From the IMG/VR virus record IMGVR_UViG_2061766007_004269: a DNA stretch of 37,057 nt. One strand, 5' to 3'. The first letter of the stretch is position 1; the number at the start of each line of letters is the position of its first letter. Below, in pieces: positions 9,801 to 22,100 of the stretch. The notes under the pieces are model-generated. The model was not told where the DNA came from, ran no database searches, and saw nothing but the letters and a program-made list of their open reading frames with translations. This DNA is from an uncultured virus (IMG/VR IMGVR_UViG_2061766007_004269) (taxonomy: Duplodnaviria > Heunggongvirae > Uroviricota > Caudoviricetes). Both the position numbers and the translations under genes were made by a program.

Positions 9801-12800
9801 GCATCTTCTCTGATCGCCGCAGTCACCGAAGCCATACCTGATGTATCGAATGCTGCTGTCAATGTTATCAGTTCCATTGGCGAACTGCTCTCAGGAGACG
9901 AAACAGCCGCATTTGCCACAGCTGTTGGCGGTGTTGCTCAGAGCCTCATAACGAGCATTGCCGGCGCGATACCGAAAGTCGCAAGCGGCGCGGCANNNNN
10001 NNNNNNNNNNNNNNNNNNNNNNNNNNNNNNNNNNNNNNNNNNNNNNNNNNNNNNNNNNNNNNNNNNNNNNNNNNNNNNNNNNNNNNNNNNNNNNNNNNNN
10101 NNNNNNNNNNNNNNNNNNNNNNNNNNNNNNNNNNNNNNNNNNNNNNNNNNNNNNNNNNNNNNNNNNNNNNNNNNNNNNNNNNNNNNNNNNNNNNNNNNNN
10201 NNNNNNNNNNNNNNNNNNNNNNNNNNNNNNNNNNNNNNNNNNNNNNNNNNNNNNNNNNNNNNNNNNNNNNNNNNNNNNNNNNNNNNNNNNNNNNNNNNAT
10301 TGCCGACCTCTTCACAGGAGAAGGTTTTGTTGCAAGTTTTTCCGCAGGCGCAGAACTCGCCGAGAAGATCATCGATGCGATCGTTGCTGCCATACCTGAT
10401 TTAACGAGCGCTGCCGTCAATATCATTGGGGCAATCGGGAACCTGTTTACAAGCGAAGGTTTTGTTGCGACTTTCTCCGCTGGAGCTGAACTCGCAGNNN
10501 NNNNNNNNNNNNNNNNNNNNTTGCTGCCATCCCTGGCGTAGCAAGCGCGGCTGTTAGCATAATAAACGCGATTGGTGGTTTGTTTACAGTCGAAGGTGCT
10601 ACAACTGTTTTTTCTGCAGGTGAAGAAATAGCTGGAAAGATCATCGAAGNNNNNNNNNNNNNNNNNNNCAATAGGCAGTCTGTTTACAGGTGAAGGGTTT
10701 GTTGCTACGTTCTCTGCCGGGAGTGAACTTGCAACAAAAATCATTGAATCCATTGTAGCGGCAATCCCTTCTGTGACAAGCGCTGCTGTAAACATTATCA
10801 ACGCAATCGCTGGACTGTTTACAGGTGAAGGTTTTGCTGCTACATTCTCAGCCGGGGCTGATATAGCCACGAGGATTATTGGCGCTGTTGTATCTGCGAT
10901 TCCTTCTGTGACAAGCGCAGCAGTCAATATTATCGATGCAATTGCAAGCCTGTTCAGCGGTGAAGGATTCGCTGCAACTTTCTCTGCTGGTAGCGACATA
11001 GCGGAAAAGATAATTGGAGCTGTTACTGATGCTGTACCGAGCGTCGCCAATGCGGCTGTAAACATTATCAATGCCATAGCCGGGTTGTTTTCCGGTGAGG
11101 GTTTTGCAGCCACCTTTTCTTCAGGCGCAGACATTGCTACAAGGATTATTGACGCAATAGTCGATGGAATCCCTGGCGTAACAAGCGCGGCAGTAAACAT
11201 CATAAACGCAATAGCGAATCTGTTCTCCGGCGAGGGTTTTGTCGCAACGTTTTCTTCTGGTGGAGCGATAGCAACGAAGATTGTCGAAGCTGTCATTTCC
11301 GGCATCCCTGCTGTTGCAAGTGCAGCCGTGAATATTATCGAAGCGATTGCCAGCCTGTTCACCAGCGAGGGTGTTGTTGCCACATTTAATGCCGGGGCTG
11401 ACATCGCAACGAAAATAATCGAATCCATCGTCTCTGGCATTCCGACAGTTGCAAGCGCAGCAGTCAACATCATTGGCGCAATATCGGATTTGTTCTCTGC
11501 CGAAGGATTTGTCGCAACCTTCTCTGCCGGGGCTGAAATCGCAACCAAGATCATTGAAGCGATCATCGGAGCAATCCCAGGTGTCGCAAGTGCAGCGGCA
11601 AACATCATCGGGGCTATTGGCAATTTGTTTTCAGGAGAAGGGTTTACTGCAACGTTTTCCGCCGGCGGGGAAATAGCCACAAAGATCATTGAAGCTATTG
11701 TCTCTGGGATTCAAACTGTTGCCAGCGCTGCCGTCAATATCATCGGTGCTGTTTCAGACTTGTTCACCGGTGAAGGGTTTACAGCCACATTTTCAGCCGG
11801 TTCCGCGATTGCGTCAAAGATTATCGGAGCAATTGTTTCGGCAATCCCAAACGTTACGAGCGCTGCCATCAATATCATCAATGCGATTGCTGGTCTGTTT
11901 ACGAGTGAAGGCTTTGCCGCAACATTCTCTGCAGGCGGCGATATTGCGACAAGTATTATCGATGCTGTCGTTGATGGTATACCTGATGTTGCAAGTGCGG
12001 CAGTCAGTATTATCGATGCTATAGCAAATCTGTTCAACGGCGAAGGCTTCACAGCCACGTTCTCAGCTGGAACTTCTATAGCAACGAAGATCATCGGCGC
12101 AATAGCTTCTGCAATTCCTGCTGTTGCAAATGCCGCTGTAGACATCATAAGCGCAATCGCCGGGTTGTTCTCAGGAGAAGGCTTTGTCGCCACGTTCTCC
12201 GCTGGCGCAGCAATTGCCACAAAGATTGTCGGCGCAATCGTGAATGCCATACCCGGCGTTGCAAGTGCCGCTGTAAACATAATCAACGCAATTGGTGGCT
12301 TGTTTACAAGCGAAGGCTTCACAGCAGCCTTCTCTGCCGGTGGTGAGATTGNNNNNNNNNNNNNNNNNNNNNNNNNNNNNNNNNNNNNNNNNNNNNNNNN
12401 CGCTGTCAGTATTATAAATGCAATAGCTGGCTTGTTTACAGGCGAAGGATTTACTGCCGCGTTCTCAGCTGGCGGCGAAATCGCAACAAAGATTATCGGA
12501 TCCATTGTTTCCGCTATCCCGTCTGTAACCAGCGCAGCAGTCAGCATCATCAATTCCGTGGCAAGCCTGTTCATAGGTGAAGGATTCACCGCCACATTCT
12601 CCGCAGGCGCTGACATTGCCGCAAAAATCATTGGTGCTATTGTTGACAGCATTCCTGCTGTCGCAAGCGCTGCTGTGAAAATAATCGGCGCAATTGCCGG
12701 TCTGTTCTCTGGCGAAGGATTCACAGCTACGTTCTCGGCAGGAGAAAGCATCGCAACGAAAATCATCGGAGCCATTATTGACAGTATTCCGACCGTTGCG

Positions 12801-15730
12801 AGCGCAGCGGTCAATATCATCAGCGCGATAGCTGGTCTGTTCACAGGCGAGGGTTTCGTTGCCACATTTTCTGCCGGAAGCAATATTGCCACAAAAATCA
12901 TCAGTGCAATCGCTTCCGCCATCCCAGACGTTGCAAATGCCGCTGTCGACATTATTGGAGCTGTTTCCGGCCTGTTTACCAGTAAAGGGCTTGTTGCAAC
13001 TTTCTCTGCAGGCGCTGAGATAGCAAGTAAAATCATTGAAGCTATCACAGCTGCCATTCCTGACGTTGCAAGCGCTGCTGTCAGTATCATTGGCGCTGTA
13101 GCAAGCCTTTTCAGCGGAGAAGGGTTTACAGCCACTTTCTCAGCAGGTGCCGACATAGCAACGAAGATCATCGACGCTGTTGTTGCGGCTATTCCTGATG
13201 TAACAAGCGCTGCCCTCAACATTATCAACGCCATAGCTGGCTTGTTTACAGGAGAAGGTTTTACCGCGAGCTTCACTGCCGGGACAAATATTGCCACGTC
13301 GATTATCAATGCAATTGTTGCCGCAATTCCTGGCCTTACTGAAATTGCAAAAGGCATTGTTTCTGCCATTGGCACTGTGCTCGGTGGAATCAACTGGGCT
13401 GGCGCAATCGACTCCGTTACTTCCCTCGGCAGCGCATTTATCGATGCCATCATCGCAGGCTTCAAAGGTATTGAGGATGTAGATGTTTCAATCATTGAAG
13501 CTGTCGGAACCTTGCTCGGAAACATCGATTGGGACAACGTTTCCATCAGCCTGAACGGATTTGCCGACATGCTATTGACAGGCATCCGAAAGGGCATCGA
13601 AGCTCTTACCACCGCAGATGTAGCCATCTACACAGCGCTTGGCGACCTGCTTGCAAAAGTCGATTGGAGCACTTTGGGAACGGTAACAGGAAACCTTGCT
13701 TCTACCCTGATCAGCGGCCTTGTGGAAGGCATCGGGGCATTTGCGGCTGGTTCGGCTATGGTATTTGACGCAATCAGCACCATGATCGGCAAAGTAAACT
13801 GGGCAGAACTCGCAAATACAGTCACAGGGCTTGCTGAAACGCTGCTGAACGGAATTGTTGAGGGCGCGAAAACGATTACTCCAAATATGGTTGAGCTGAT
13901 CAATGCCATCGGCAGAGGAATCGAAGCTGCAGCGAGCGGCATTGGTACGTTCTGCGAACAACTTATCAACGGCATTGTTACCTTCATTCTGTCACCTGAA
14001 AACTGGTTGAAGCTTATCCAAGTTGGTGGCGAGATCATAAATGGTATTGCTACCGGTATTCTCAATCTTGGCGAAAGCATTCTGACAGGCGCGTGGAGTG
14101 TTGTCTCAGGCATTTTCAAAGGATTCTTTCAGGCGATTGGCGTAATACCGACAGATGAAATTCAGCAGGCATTTGACGAGGTAATTCAAATAGTTGATGA
14201 GTCGGGGAAACAGCTTGCTGTAAAGGGTGAAGAAGCCTATGATGCACTTGCCCTCATTTTCGACAATGATTATACGAAAGCAGGCATTCGCAGCGCAGAA
14301 CACTTGCAAGAAGTCGTTCAGATGTATAATGGTATTATTGAAAGCGGTAACACCTATCTGATCAATACGTTCAGCGAATACGCATTCCTCGCCAACGACG
14401 AGATCGTTTCAATCTACAACGACGTTTTCGACTCGACTAAAGATGCCGCTGACAGAGCAGCTGCCGTAATTNNNNNNNNNNNNNNNNNNNNNNNNNNNNN
14501 NNNNNNNNNNNNNNNTATATCGAATTGGTTGGCAACGATGTTAAGGATGCATTTGCCGAAGTATTCGCAGAGTGCGGATATAGCATAGATGATGCTGGCG
14601 CCATTATCAATGCTACGATCTTTGATATTGGTGCAGACGCCGTTAATGCTTTCATGCAAGCTTTTAAGAACCTTGGATATGTAATTCCTGATTCTGTCGC
14701 ACAAGGTTTGAATGAAGGAACTCTTACAGTACAAACTGCCGCAGAAGAAATCCTGAAGTACGCTTCTACAGCACACGATGCTGCTGTTGCTGAAGCTACT
14801 GCCGCTGACACAGGTACTGCTGTTACCGACTCTCTTGCCAAGGCAGAAAGTAATGGCGCACCGACCGTTGGCGAATCGTCCAATGCTGTTGTCGATGCTG
14901 CCACACTTGCTATCGAAACGCTTCCTGACGTTGCGGAAATCGTTGGAGAGGACACTGCAAAAGGAATGTCGCAGGGCATTGATAACAATGCTTCCAACGT
15001 AGAATTGTCCATGGATCAATTGTCCGACAGTGTTGTGAAAGCAGCGCTTGCCAAAATGACATATGCTACAGGATACAATACCGGCTTTGATTATGCCAAC
15101 GCAATCATGGAAGGGCTTGCGGCTATGGCTANNNNNNNNNNNTCAGATCGCGACGAGTGTAGACAGCGCCGTGTTTGGCGTACTGACCTATTACAACGGA
15201 TACTCCATCGGTATCAATTTCGCGAGCGGCATAGCGTTTGGCATATCCAGCGGAATGTCTGACGTGATCAACGCCGCAGCCGCCGTCGCATCTTCAGCCG
15301 TTGACGCTGCCCAGTATACCCTGAGCATCCATTCCCCGTCTCGCGTAGCAAGGGATGAGATCGGACTCATGTATGACGAAGGGCTTGTTGAAGGTCTGGA
15401 AAAAGGCATGTCCTCCGTTGAGGACGCGGCTGCGAACGTATCCAGATCGCTGCATGATTCCTTCTATGTACGCGACACGTCACGCGGCACGGTATACACA
15501 GGCAGACAGGCGGTGCAGCAGGCCGCTGCCGCAAACAGCATGGCAAGGATGGAAGAGAGGGAATCCGGCTATGAAGAGCAGCTGATTCAGCGCATGTCCG
15601 ATAGATTCGTTGCCGCCCTTGAAAAAGTCGGCATCTACTTCGACGGCGAATACGTCGGACACCTGACAAGCCCGTATGTGAGTTCCGACATCGCGAGCGA
15701 ATCAGCGAGAAGGAGGGAAGCCACTATANN
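6861..15730 (+). CDS. Tail tape measure protein (about 2,900 aa, split into several ORFs by N gaps)
   Basis: N-term MALKVGELFASF, TP901-type core FEAQMSRVQAI...STTEWTAKQAGEGLEY, long Ala/Ile amphipathic repeats, C-term SIHSPSRV and IYFDGEYVG. Confidence 0.9.
10300..13340 (+). repeat. Coding tandem repeat, 135 bp / 45 aa, at least 23 copies, in TMP
   Basis: Unit TSAAVNIINAIAGLFTGEGFAATFSAGADIATRIIGAVVSAIPSV. GTGACAAGCGC at 10773 and 10908 gives a period of 135. Confidence 0.92.
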
Positions 15731-15738
15731 NNNNNNNN

Positions 15739-16463
15739 TAGACTTCTCCGGACTTGATGAGAAACTCTATATCGAGGACATCACGGAAAAAGTATCCATA
15801 TCTATGGAAACGGATAAACGGCCCGGACACGGACGAGCTCCGTTAAACTCGCCTGCCCACGAAACCTTGCAGATCACAATTCGGTTCATGGTCAAAGAGT
15901 TTAACGGAGCAGCGCGGGCAAGCGTTGTCGCCGCAGTTCAGGCATGGGCCTGTGCGGGTTGGCTCACAGTAGCCCATCGGCCCCTTCAGCGCATTTTTGT
16001 ATATCCAACAAGTTTCCCCGATTTTTCAGCCTGGCAGAGAACCAATAGAATGGAGATCACCTTCACGGCGCTTGGAGAAGCGTGCTGGCAGGATATATCC
16101 CCAGTGACCGTTTCAAGCTCTGGTTCCAGCCAAACGCTCACGATCACCCCGACGGGCACCGAAACATGCTATCTCGAGGCTGAAATCACCCCATCTGATA
16201 CGCTTTCATCTATTTCCATCACCGTAAACGGACGAACACTCACTCTGTCAGGAATGTCCATAGCTGCCGACAAAACAGTCAGAATTCATTACGATGAAGA
16301 TCACAGAATCTGCATTGATTCTGACGGAGTTTCTCTGTTGGAGTACAGGACAGGAACCAGCGCTGATGATCTGCTCCTCGTTCCTAAAACCGCGAACACG
16401 ATCACCGCAGTGTTCAATGTATCCTGCTCGTGCGCATTCATGGCGAGGGGGATGTGGCGATGA
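15739..16463 (+). CDS. Distal tail (Dit)-like protein, start hidden in gap
   Basis: Follows TMP; ITIRFMV...EITFTALGEACWQ...GTETCYLEAEI...ARGMWR; ATGA overlap with the next gene. Confidence 0.7.
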
Positions 16464-18712
16464 CCAAAGAAATACATGTGCGTCTGCCACGGCTGCTCAA
16501 AAATGAACTGTCCGGAACGATACTGAAAGAAAAAGGCAGGCTTCACCCCATCAGCCTGTCTCCAGTGCTGAACATGGTTCCGCTTTCCACCGCCACCATG
16601 ACGCTGGCGGAAAACGATATGGACGTAAAGATCCACGACCTGATCGAGCTTTACAACCAGCATGGCAGCATCGGGATTTACAGGGTGGCATCGATCGATA
16701 AAACGTACAGGGGCAGGAGAAAGATTCAGCTCAATCACGCCCTTGATGTTTTGAACGACGCCATTTACGCGACGCAGAATTATGATGAGGAATCGTTCAG
16801 CGGTACGCCGACAGAATACATCACGAAGCTGCTTGGGGCGCAGGCGCAGGGGATAGGCGGCTCTCCGTACTNNNNNNNNNNNNNNNNNNNNNNNNNNNNN
16901 NNNNNNNAAGCTCTATGCGATCTTGGCAAAGAGCATGAGGACTACTGGTATACGTTCGATTTCTCCACATTCCCATGGACATTGAATTTCGTTGCCAGGG
17001 ACAGCAGCGTTGTGAGTGAGTTCCGGCTCAACAGAAACATTGCGTCCTGCACCGTGTCGCTCGATGACAGTGATCTGTGCACCCGGCTGTATCTCTCGAT
17101 TGATACCGTAACCCATGTCACGTCAGGACAGGGAAGCAGCGCTCAGGATGTGGGAGACAAAACAGAGCAGACCTTTGCAACGTACAATGATCTTGCTGCG
17201 CAGGCCCTGTGGGGGATTGTGTCAAGAACGGCCGGGGTCAGTTTCGCGTCCGCACAGGAAAAACAGGCAAAGCTGCAAGACTGGGTAGACGATTACTTCG
17301 CAAGGCATAACGCCCCGCTTGTTCAGATTAACGTTGACGGACAGGACCTGAAAGAAATCACCGGCGTGTCCATAGACGAAATCTGCATGGGCAGGATCTG
17401 CCGCGTCGCCTTGCCGGAGTATTCCGAACTGTTTCAGGAGCGCATTGTCAGCGTCCATTACCCAGATGTTCTTCGCAAGCCGACATACGTAAGCGTGTCC
17501 ATGGCGAACAAGAGGGCAACAGCTGAGGACAGCATTGCCGCAGTCAAGAAGGAAGCAGCCAAAGCCGGTGGGACCAGCGAAAACGCTGTCAGGCAGGCCG
17601 GAAACAACAGCACGGAAATTACCTCGCTTTATACGAAGACCGGCGTAAGCGACCTTGGCTACAACGAAACGCTTTCAGGCAGAATCAGCCAAAACGCAGA
17701 AAGCCTTACCACACTCTATACAAAGACGGGTGTGAGCAGCCTCGGTCAAAACGAAACCCTGAGCGGAAAGATCAGCCAAAATGCTGGGGACATTACATCG
17801 CTGTATACGAAGACCGGTGTCAACAGCCTCGGGCAAAACGAAACTTTAAGCGGAAAAATCAGCCAAAATGCAGGCGACATTACATCGCTTTACGCAAAAA
17901 CCGGTGTAAACGACCTGGGCCAAAATGAGACCCTGAGCGGGAAGATTTCTCAGAACGCTGAAAGTCTTACAAGCCTGTTCACAAAGACCGGCGTGAACAG
18001 CCTCGGTCAGAATGAAACTCTGAACGGAAAGATTACACAAACAGCCGAAAGCCTGACTTCGCTGTATACGAAGACCGGCGTCAATGACCTCGGACAGAAC
18101 GAAACCCTGAGCGGAAGGATCACCCAGACAGCCGAAAGCCTGACTTCGCTGTATACAAAGACAGGCGTGAACGATCTCGGACAGAACGAAACCCTGAGCG
18201 GAAGGATCACCCAGACAGCTGAAAGCCTGACTTCGCTTTATACAAAGACAGGCGTGAACGATCTCGGACAGAACGAAACCCTGAGCGGAAGGATCACCCA
18301 GACAGCCGAAAGCCTGACTTCGCTGTATACAAAGACAGGCGTGGACGACTTGGGTCAGAACGATACGCTTTACAGCAAGATCAGTCAAAACGCAACTGCT
18401 ATAACTACGAAGGTCAGCGCCGGGGATGTTTCGAGTACGATCAACCAAACCGCACAGAGCGTTTTGATTTCCGCCCAGAAGATTGATTTGCAGGGGTACG
18501 TAACAGCAAACGAATTGTCTGCAGAAATCGGCAGCTTCTACAATGCAAGCACCGGTACGCTTTCGGCGTCATGGGTAACAGCCCAGGGCGGGCAGATCGG
18601 CAGCCTGACCGTTTCCGGTGGTTTGAACGTTGGTGTGGGTAATGCAGCATCGTGGCAATCAACGACGATTGACGGCGTAACAATTCACTATTTGGGGAGG
18701 GCAGCGACATGA
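16460..18712 (+). CDS. Tail spike / Tal-like minor structural protein with internal 29-aa repeats
   Basis: Position after Dit. N-terminal prophage tail hub-like region (FRLNRNIASCTVSLDDSDLCTRLY), then repeats and INQTAQSVLISAQKIDLQG. Confidence 0.75.
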   Translation: MTKEIHVRLPRLLKNELSGTILKEKGRLHPISLSPVLNMVPLSTATMTLAENDMDVKIHDLIELYNQHGSIGIYRVASIDKTYRGRRKIQLNHALDVLNDAIYATQNYDEESFSGTPTEYITKLLGAQAQGIGGSPYXXXXXXXXXXXXXALCDLGKEHEDYWYTFDFSTFPWTLNFVARDSSVVSEFRLNRNIASCTVSLDDSDLCTRLYLSIDTVTHVTSGQGSSAQDVGDKTEQTFATYNDLAAQALWGIVSRTAGVSFASAQEKQAKLQDWVDDYFARHNAPLVQINVDGQDLKEITGVSIDEICMGRICRVALPEYSELFQERIVSVHYPDVLRKPTYVSVSMANKRATAEDSIAAVKKEAAKAGGTSENAVRQAGNNSTEITSLYTKTGVSDLGYNETLSGRISQNAESLTTLYTKTGVSSLGQNETLSGKISQNAGDITSLYTKTGVNSLGQNETLSGKISQNAGDITSLYAKTGVNDLGQNETLSGKISQNAESLTSLFTKTGVNSLGQNETLNGKITQTAESLTSLYTKTGVNDLGQNETLSGRITQTAESLTSLYTKTGVNDLGQNETLSGRITQTAESLTSLYTKTGVNDLGQNETLSGRITQTAESLTSLYTKTGVDDLGQNDTLYSKISQNATAITTKVSAGDVSSTINQTAQSVLISAQKIDLQGYVTANELSAEIGSFYNASTGTLSASWVTAQGGQIGSLTVSGGLNVGVGNAASWQSTTIDGVTIHYLGRAAT
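17618..18400 (+). repeat. Coding tandem repeat, 87 bp / 29 aa, 9 copies
   Basis: Unit LTSLYTKTGVNDLGQNETLSGRITQTAES; copies 6-8 are nearly identical at DNA level. Confidence 0.92.
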
Positions 18713-18891
18713 ACGAATATGAGCTGATTGACAGCATGATAGTAGCTCTTAACGGTGTGAGCGTATCCGGCATTGAGAACATGAAGACAATCATTGAAAC
18801 CATCCAGAAACTTGGGGTCCTGCGGGAATGGCTGAAAAAGGAGGAAGAGCAACGTGCGGACAATCACGACAGACAAGGGGAAGACGTATGA
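18709..18891 (+). CDS. Small hypothetical tail-region protein (60 aa)
   Basis: ATGA overlap with the tail spike stop, RBS GGGAGG. Confidence 0.6.
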   Translation: MNEYELIDSMIVALNGVSVSGIENMKTIIETIQKLGVLREWLKKEEEQRADNHDRQGEDV

Positions 18892-19129
18892 GGCGATTTA
18901 CTGCTGGGCGCCGTGCATGGATGGGAGCTGCGGCATCGAGATTCGGGACAGCAGACCCATTGCTGACATCGTACCGGAATTTGACGGCCTGACCCATATC
19001 CACCTGATCGATCCCAGCACAGGCGAATACGATTTTGATGGCTATACTGTGCTTAATTCGATTGGCAGAACCGGGCAGAACGTACAAATCAAGCTCAGGA
19101 AGGGCGACAATGAAAACACCGGTGTGTAA
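18854..19129 (+). CDS. Small hypothetical tail-region protein (91 aa)
   Basis: GTG start with GGAGG RBS upstream. Confidence 0.55.
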   Translation: MRTITTDKGKTYEAIYCWAPCMDGSCGIEIRDSRPIADIVPEFDGLTHIHLIDPSTGEYDFDGYTVLNSIGRTGQNVQIKLRKGDNENTGV

Positions 19130-19170
19130 AAGCATCTTTTCAGCCCTACTGATGAAGGAGTGATTCTTTC

Positions 19171-22100
19171 ATGGACAACATCATCATACGCCGGACAACC
19201 GAACTGAATGCTCCCATCAAGGTTGAAAGCCTGTCAGGATATATGTTCACGGGAGAGGACGAAGCCCATACCTTCATCATCAGCGCTGTACGTGACAGGG
19301 AACCGGAGGCTTTTACGGGCAGCGCGTTGGCAAAATTTCTTCGGCCTGATGGAAACACGATTCTATTGCCCTGCTCGTTGATTGACGGAAAAATCAATCT
19401 GACGCTGCATCAGGACTGCTACAACGTTATCGGCCGCTTCCAGTTGGCAGTTTTCCATAACGTCGACAGTGAAACAGTATGCGTGTATGCAGCTACGGGC
19501 ACTGTGCTACGTACACAGGCTGGCGAGATCATTGATAGCGGAGAAGTGATTCCTGATCTTGCCGAGCTGCTGGCTAAAATCGAAGCAATGGAAGAAGCAA
19601 CTGCCGCTGCTATCGCAGCTGCTTCCCATGCCGTTCTCTATGATTCCAGTCAAACTCTGACAAATGCGCAAAAGGCTCAGGCCAGAGCAAATATCGGCGC
19701 GGGCAGTGCTGATGATGTTGTTACAGGCGCTGTAAAGTATGACGGAGCCCAGTCTTTGAGCGCTTCACAAAAAGCACAGGCGCGGACGAACATCGACGCG
19801 GCTTCCGCCGCTTCTGTTTNNNNNNNNNNTGGAAAGATCACCCAGACAGCCGAAAGCCTGACTTCGCTGTATACAAAGACAGGCGNNNNNNNNNNGAGAT
19901 CGCCGCTGCAGGGAATACGGTGACCGACATCGTTCGGACGTCCAGCGGGATCCGCGTGGACTATGCAGACGGCACGTCGAAGAACATCACCATCGAAGCG
20001 GGCGGCTCTGATCTGGATTCCGTGGAGTATGACAGCAGCTATTATCTGCACTTCTACGACGCCAATGGGGACGAGCTCTACGGCGGGCNNNNNNNNNNNN
20101 NNNNNNNNNNNNNNNNNNNNNNNNNNNNNNNNNNNNNNNNNNNNNNNNNGAGGCGCCGCTGCGCTGCAATTCACCTTCACGGCCACCGACAGCAGCGGCG
20201 ACGCGGTAGGCGACGGCGTGGGCACCTGGACGGTGGGCGGCATCACCGTCGCCAGCAATCAGGCGATCCACCAGGGGGCCAATAGCTTTGACATCGGCCC
20301 GTATTTGACCGCCGGCATCAACAACGTGAAGCTGACCGTCTCGGTGGACACGGGCGGCGACGCGCCGCTTGTCCGGACGAAAAACTGGACTGTCAACGCG
20401 GTCAATATGTACTTCACCTGGAATTACGACGACGCCCAGCTCAATACCTCCGGATTTACCGACCGCTGGACGGTGTTTGGCGAGATCAGCAAAACCACCC
20501 ATACCCTGCTGGACGGCGTGGCGCTGGACACCATCACCACCACGCAGAGCAACCGCGGCCAGAGCATCCAGATCCCCATGCAGACGCACGGGGCCCACAG
20601 CATCGAACGCTGGCTGTCCGCAACCATCGGCGGCGTGACGCAGNNNNNNNNNNNNNNNNNNNNNNNNNNNNNNNNNNNNNNNNNGATCATCGCCATCTCC
20701 ATGAAGAGCAGCAACGTGAACCAGTATGATACACTGGAAATCCCCTTCATGGTGTACGATCCGGCCTCCCTGAGCACAAATATCGAACTGTATGTGAACG
20801 GTACGCTGCTGACGGGCTGGACCGGCATCGACCGGAGCCTGCACAAGTGGGTATACACGCCCACTGCCAGCGGCACGTTTACGCTGATGATCAAATGCGG
20901 CAGCACCACCAAGAGCATTACGCTCACGGTGGCCACCGTGGAGATCGACGCGGAGGAAGTGCCCGGGTACAGCTTCCGGTTCAAGGCCAGCGACCTGGCC
21001 AGCAACGACGCGGCCCGGTCCTGGTCCAGCAACGGCGTCAATGCCACCTATTCGGGAAACTTCGACTGGATCAACGGCGGACTGCACACGGAGGNNNNNN
21101 NNNNNNNNNNNNNNNNNNNNNNNNNGCAGTACCTGTGTATCAAAGCCGGCACGCGCATGACGATCAATCACGCGCTGTTCGCCAACGACCCGAAGTCCGC
21201 CGGCATGAATTACAAGGTTATTTTCAAGGTGGCGAACTGCCGCCAGTACGACGCCCAGATCGGCCACTGCTACGCGGACGGCGTCGGCATCCGGATGTAC
21301 GCCCACGAATCTATCTTCAATTCGTCCGGTACCACCATCAACGTGCCATACGGCGAGGATGAATACATCGAATTGGAGTTCGACGTATACCCTGCGCCGC
21401 GCCAGGAGAACGACGGAAATTACCGGTACATGATGGCCTGGATCGACGGCGTTATCACCACCTGCCGCGTCTACGGCACCCAGGACAATTTCGTGCAAAG
21501 CATCCTCAACCAGGAAGGGATTGTTTTGGGCTCGGATGATTGCGACCTGTACGTGTACATGGTCAAGTCCTATCCCATGCTGATCAGCCGGGCGGAGCAC
21601 ATCGACAACTTCATCATGGACGCCTCGAACGCCTCGGAAATGATCCGGCGCTATAACCGGAACGACATCCTGGACGAGAGCGGCAATATCAGCTACGAAA
21701 AGCTGATGCGCCAGAATCCCGGCCTGCGGGTGTGGCTGTGGGATATTCCCTACATGACCAACGGCAAAAAGGATAAGGTGCAGAATTGCCGGTTCTACCA
21801 GTTCTGGCAGGGCGGCGATACTTATTACGAGCTGAGCGGGGTTTGCGTCATGACGGTGCAGGGCACGTCATCCGTGAAATACATCCGGGGCGCTGCCAAC
21901 ACGGACGCCAATTTCGTTTCCCTTCAGGACGGCAACGGAAACGACCTGATGGCGAATGGCACGAAGGACGAAACCTACGGCAACAACTGGTATGTGGAGG
22001 ACAGCGAGAATCCCGGCCATGCCAAAGTGTACACGGTTTCCGAGGCCAGGGAAGCGGCCGGCCTGACAGACGAGAGCGAAAGCCTGGGTCCGGAATGGGT

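Noticed and set aside
9938..13627. Long antisense ORFs (583 aa and 638 aa) opposite the TMP repeats
   Set aside because: Shadow frames caused by the Ala/Ile/Gly codon bias of the repeat; they mirror the 45-aa periodicity and show no independent features.
15063..16463. TMP-Dit fusion ORF
   Set aside because: Joined only through the 10-N gap at 15729-15738, which likely hides the TMP stop and the Dit start.
17618..18400. Regularly spaced repeats as a possible CRISPR array
   Set aside because: The units are contiguous, in-frame coding repeats of 87 bp with no unique spacers, and no cas genes are present.
19830..19885. Third-site copy of the tail-spike repeat as a recombination or shufflon site
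   Set aside because: A 56-bp fragment flanked on both sides by 10-N gaps; most simply a misplaced repeat contig.
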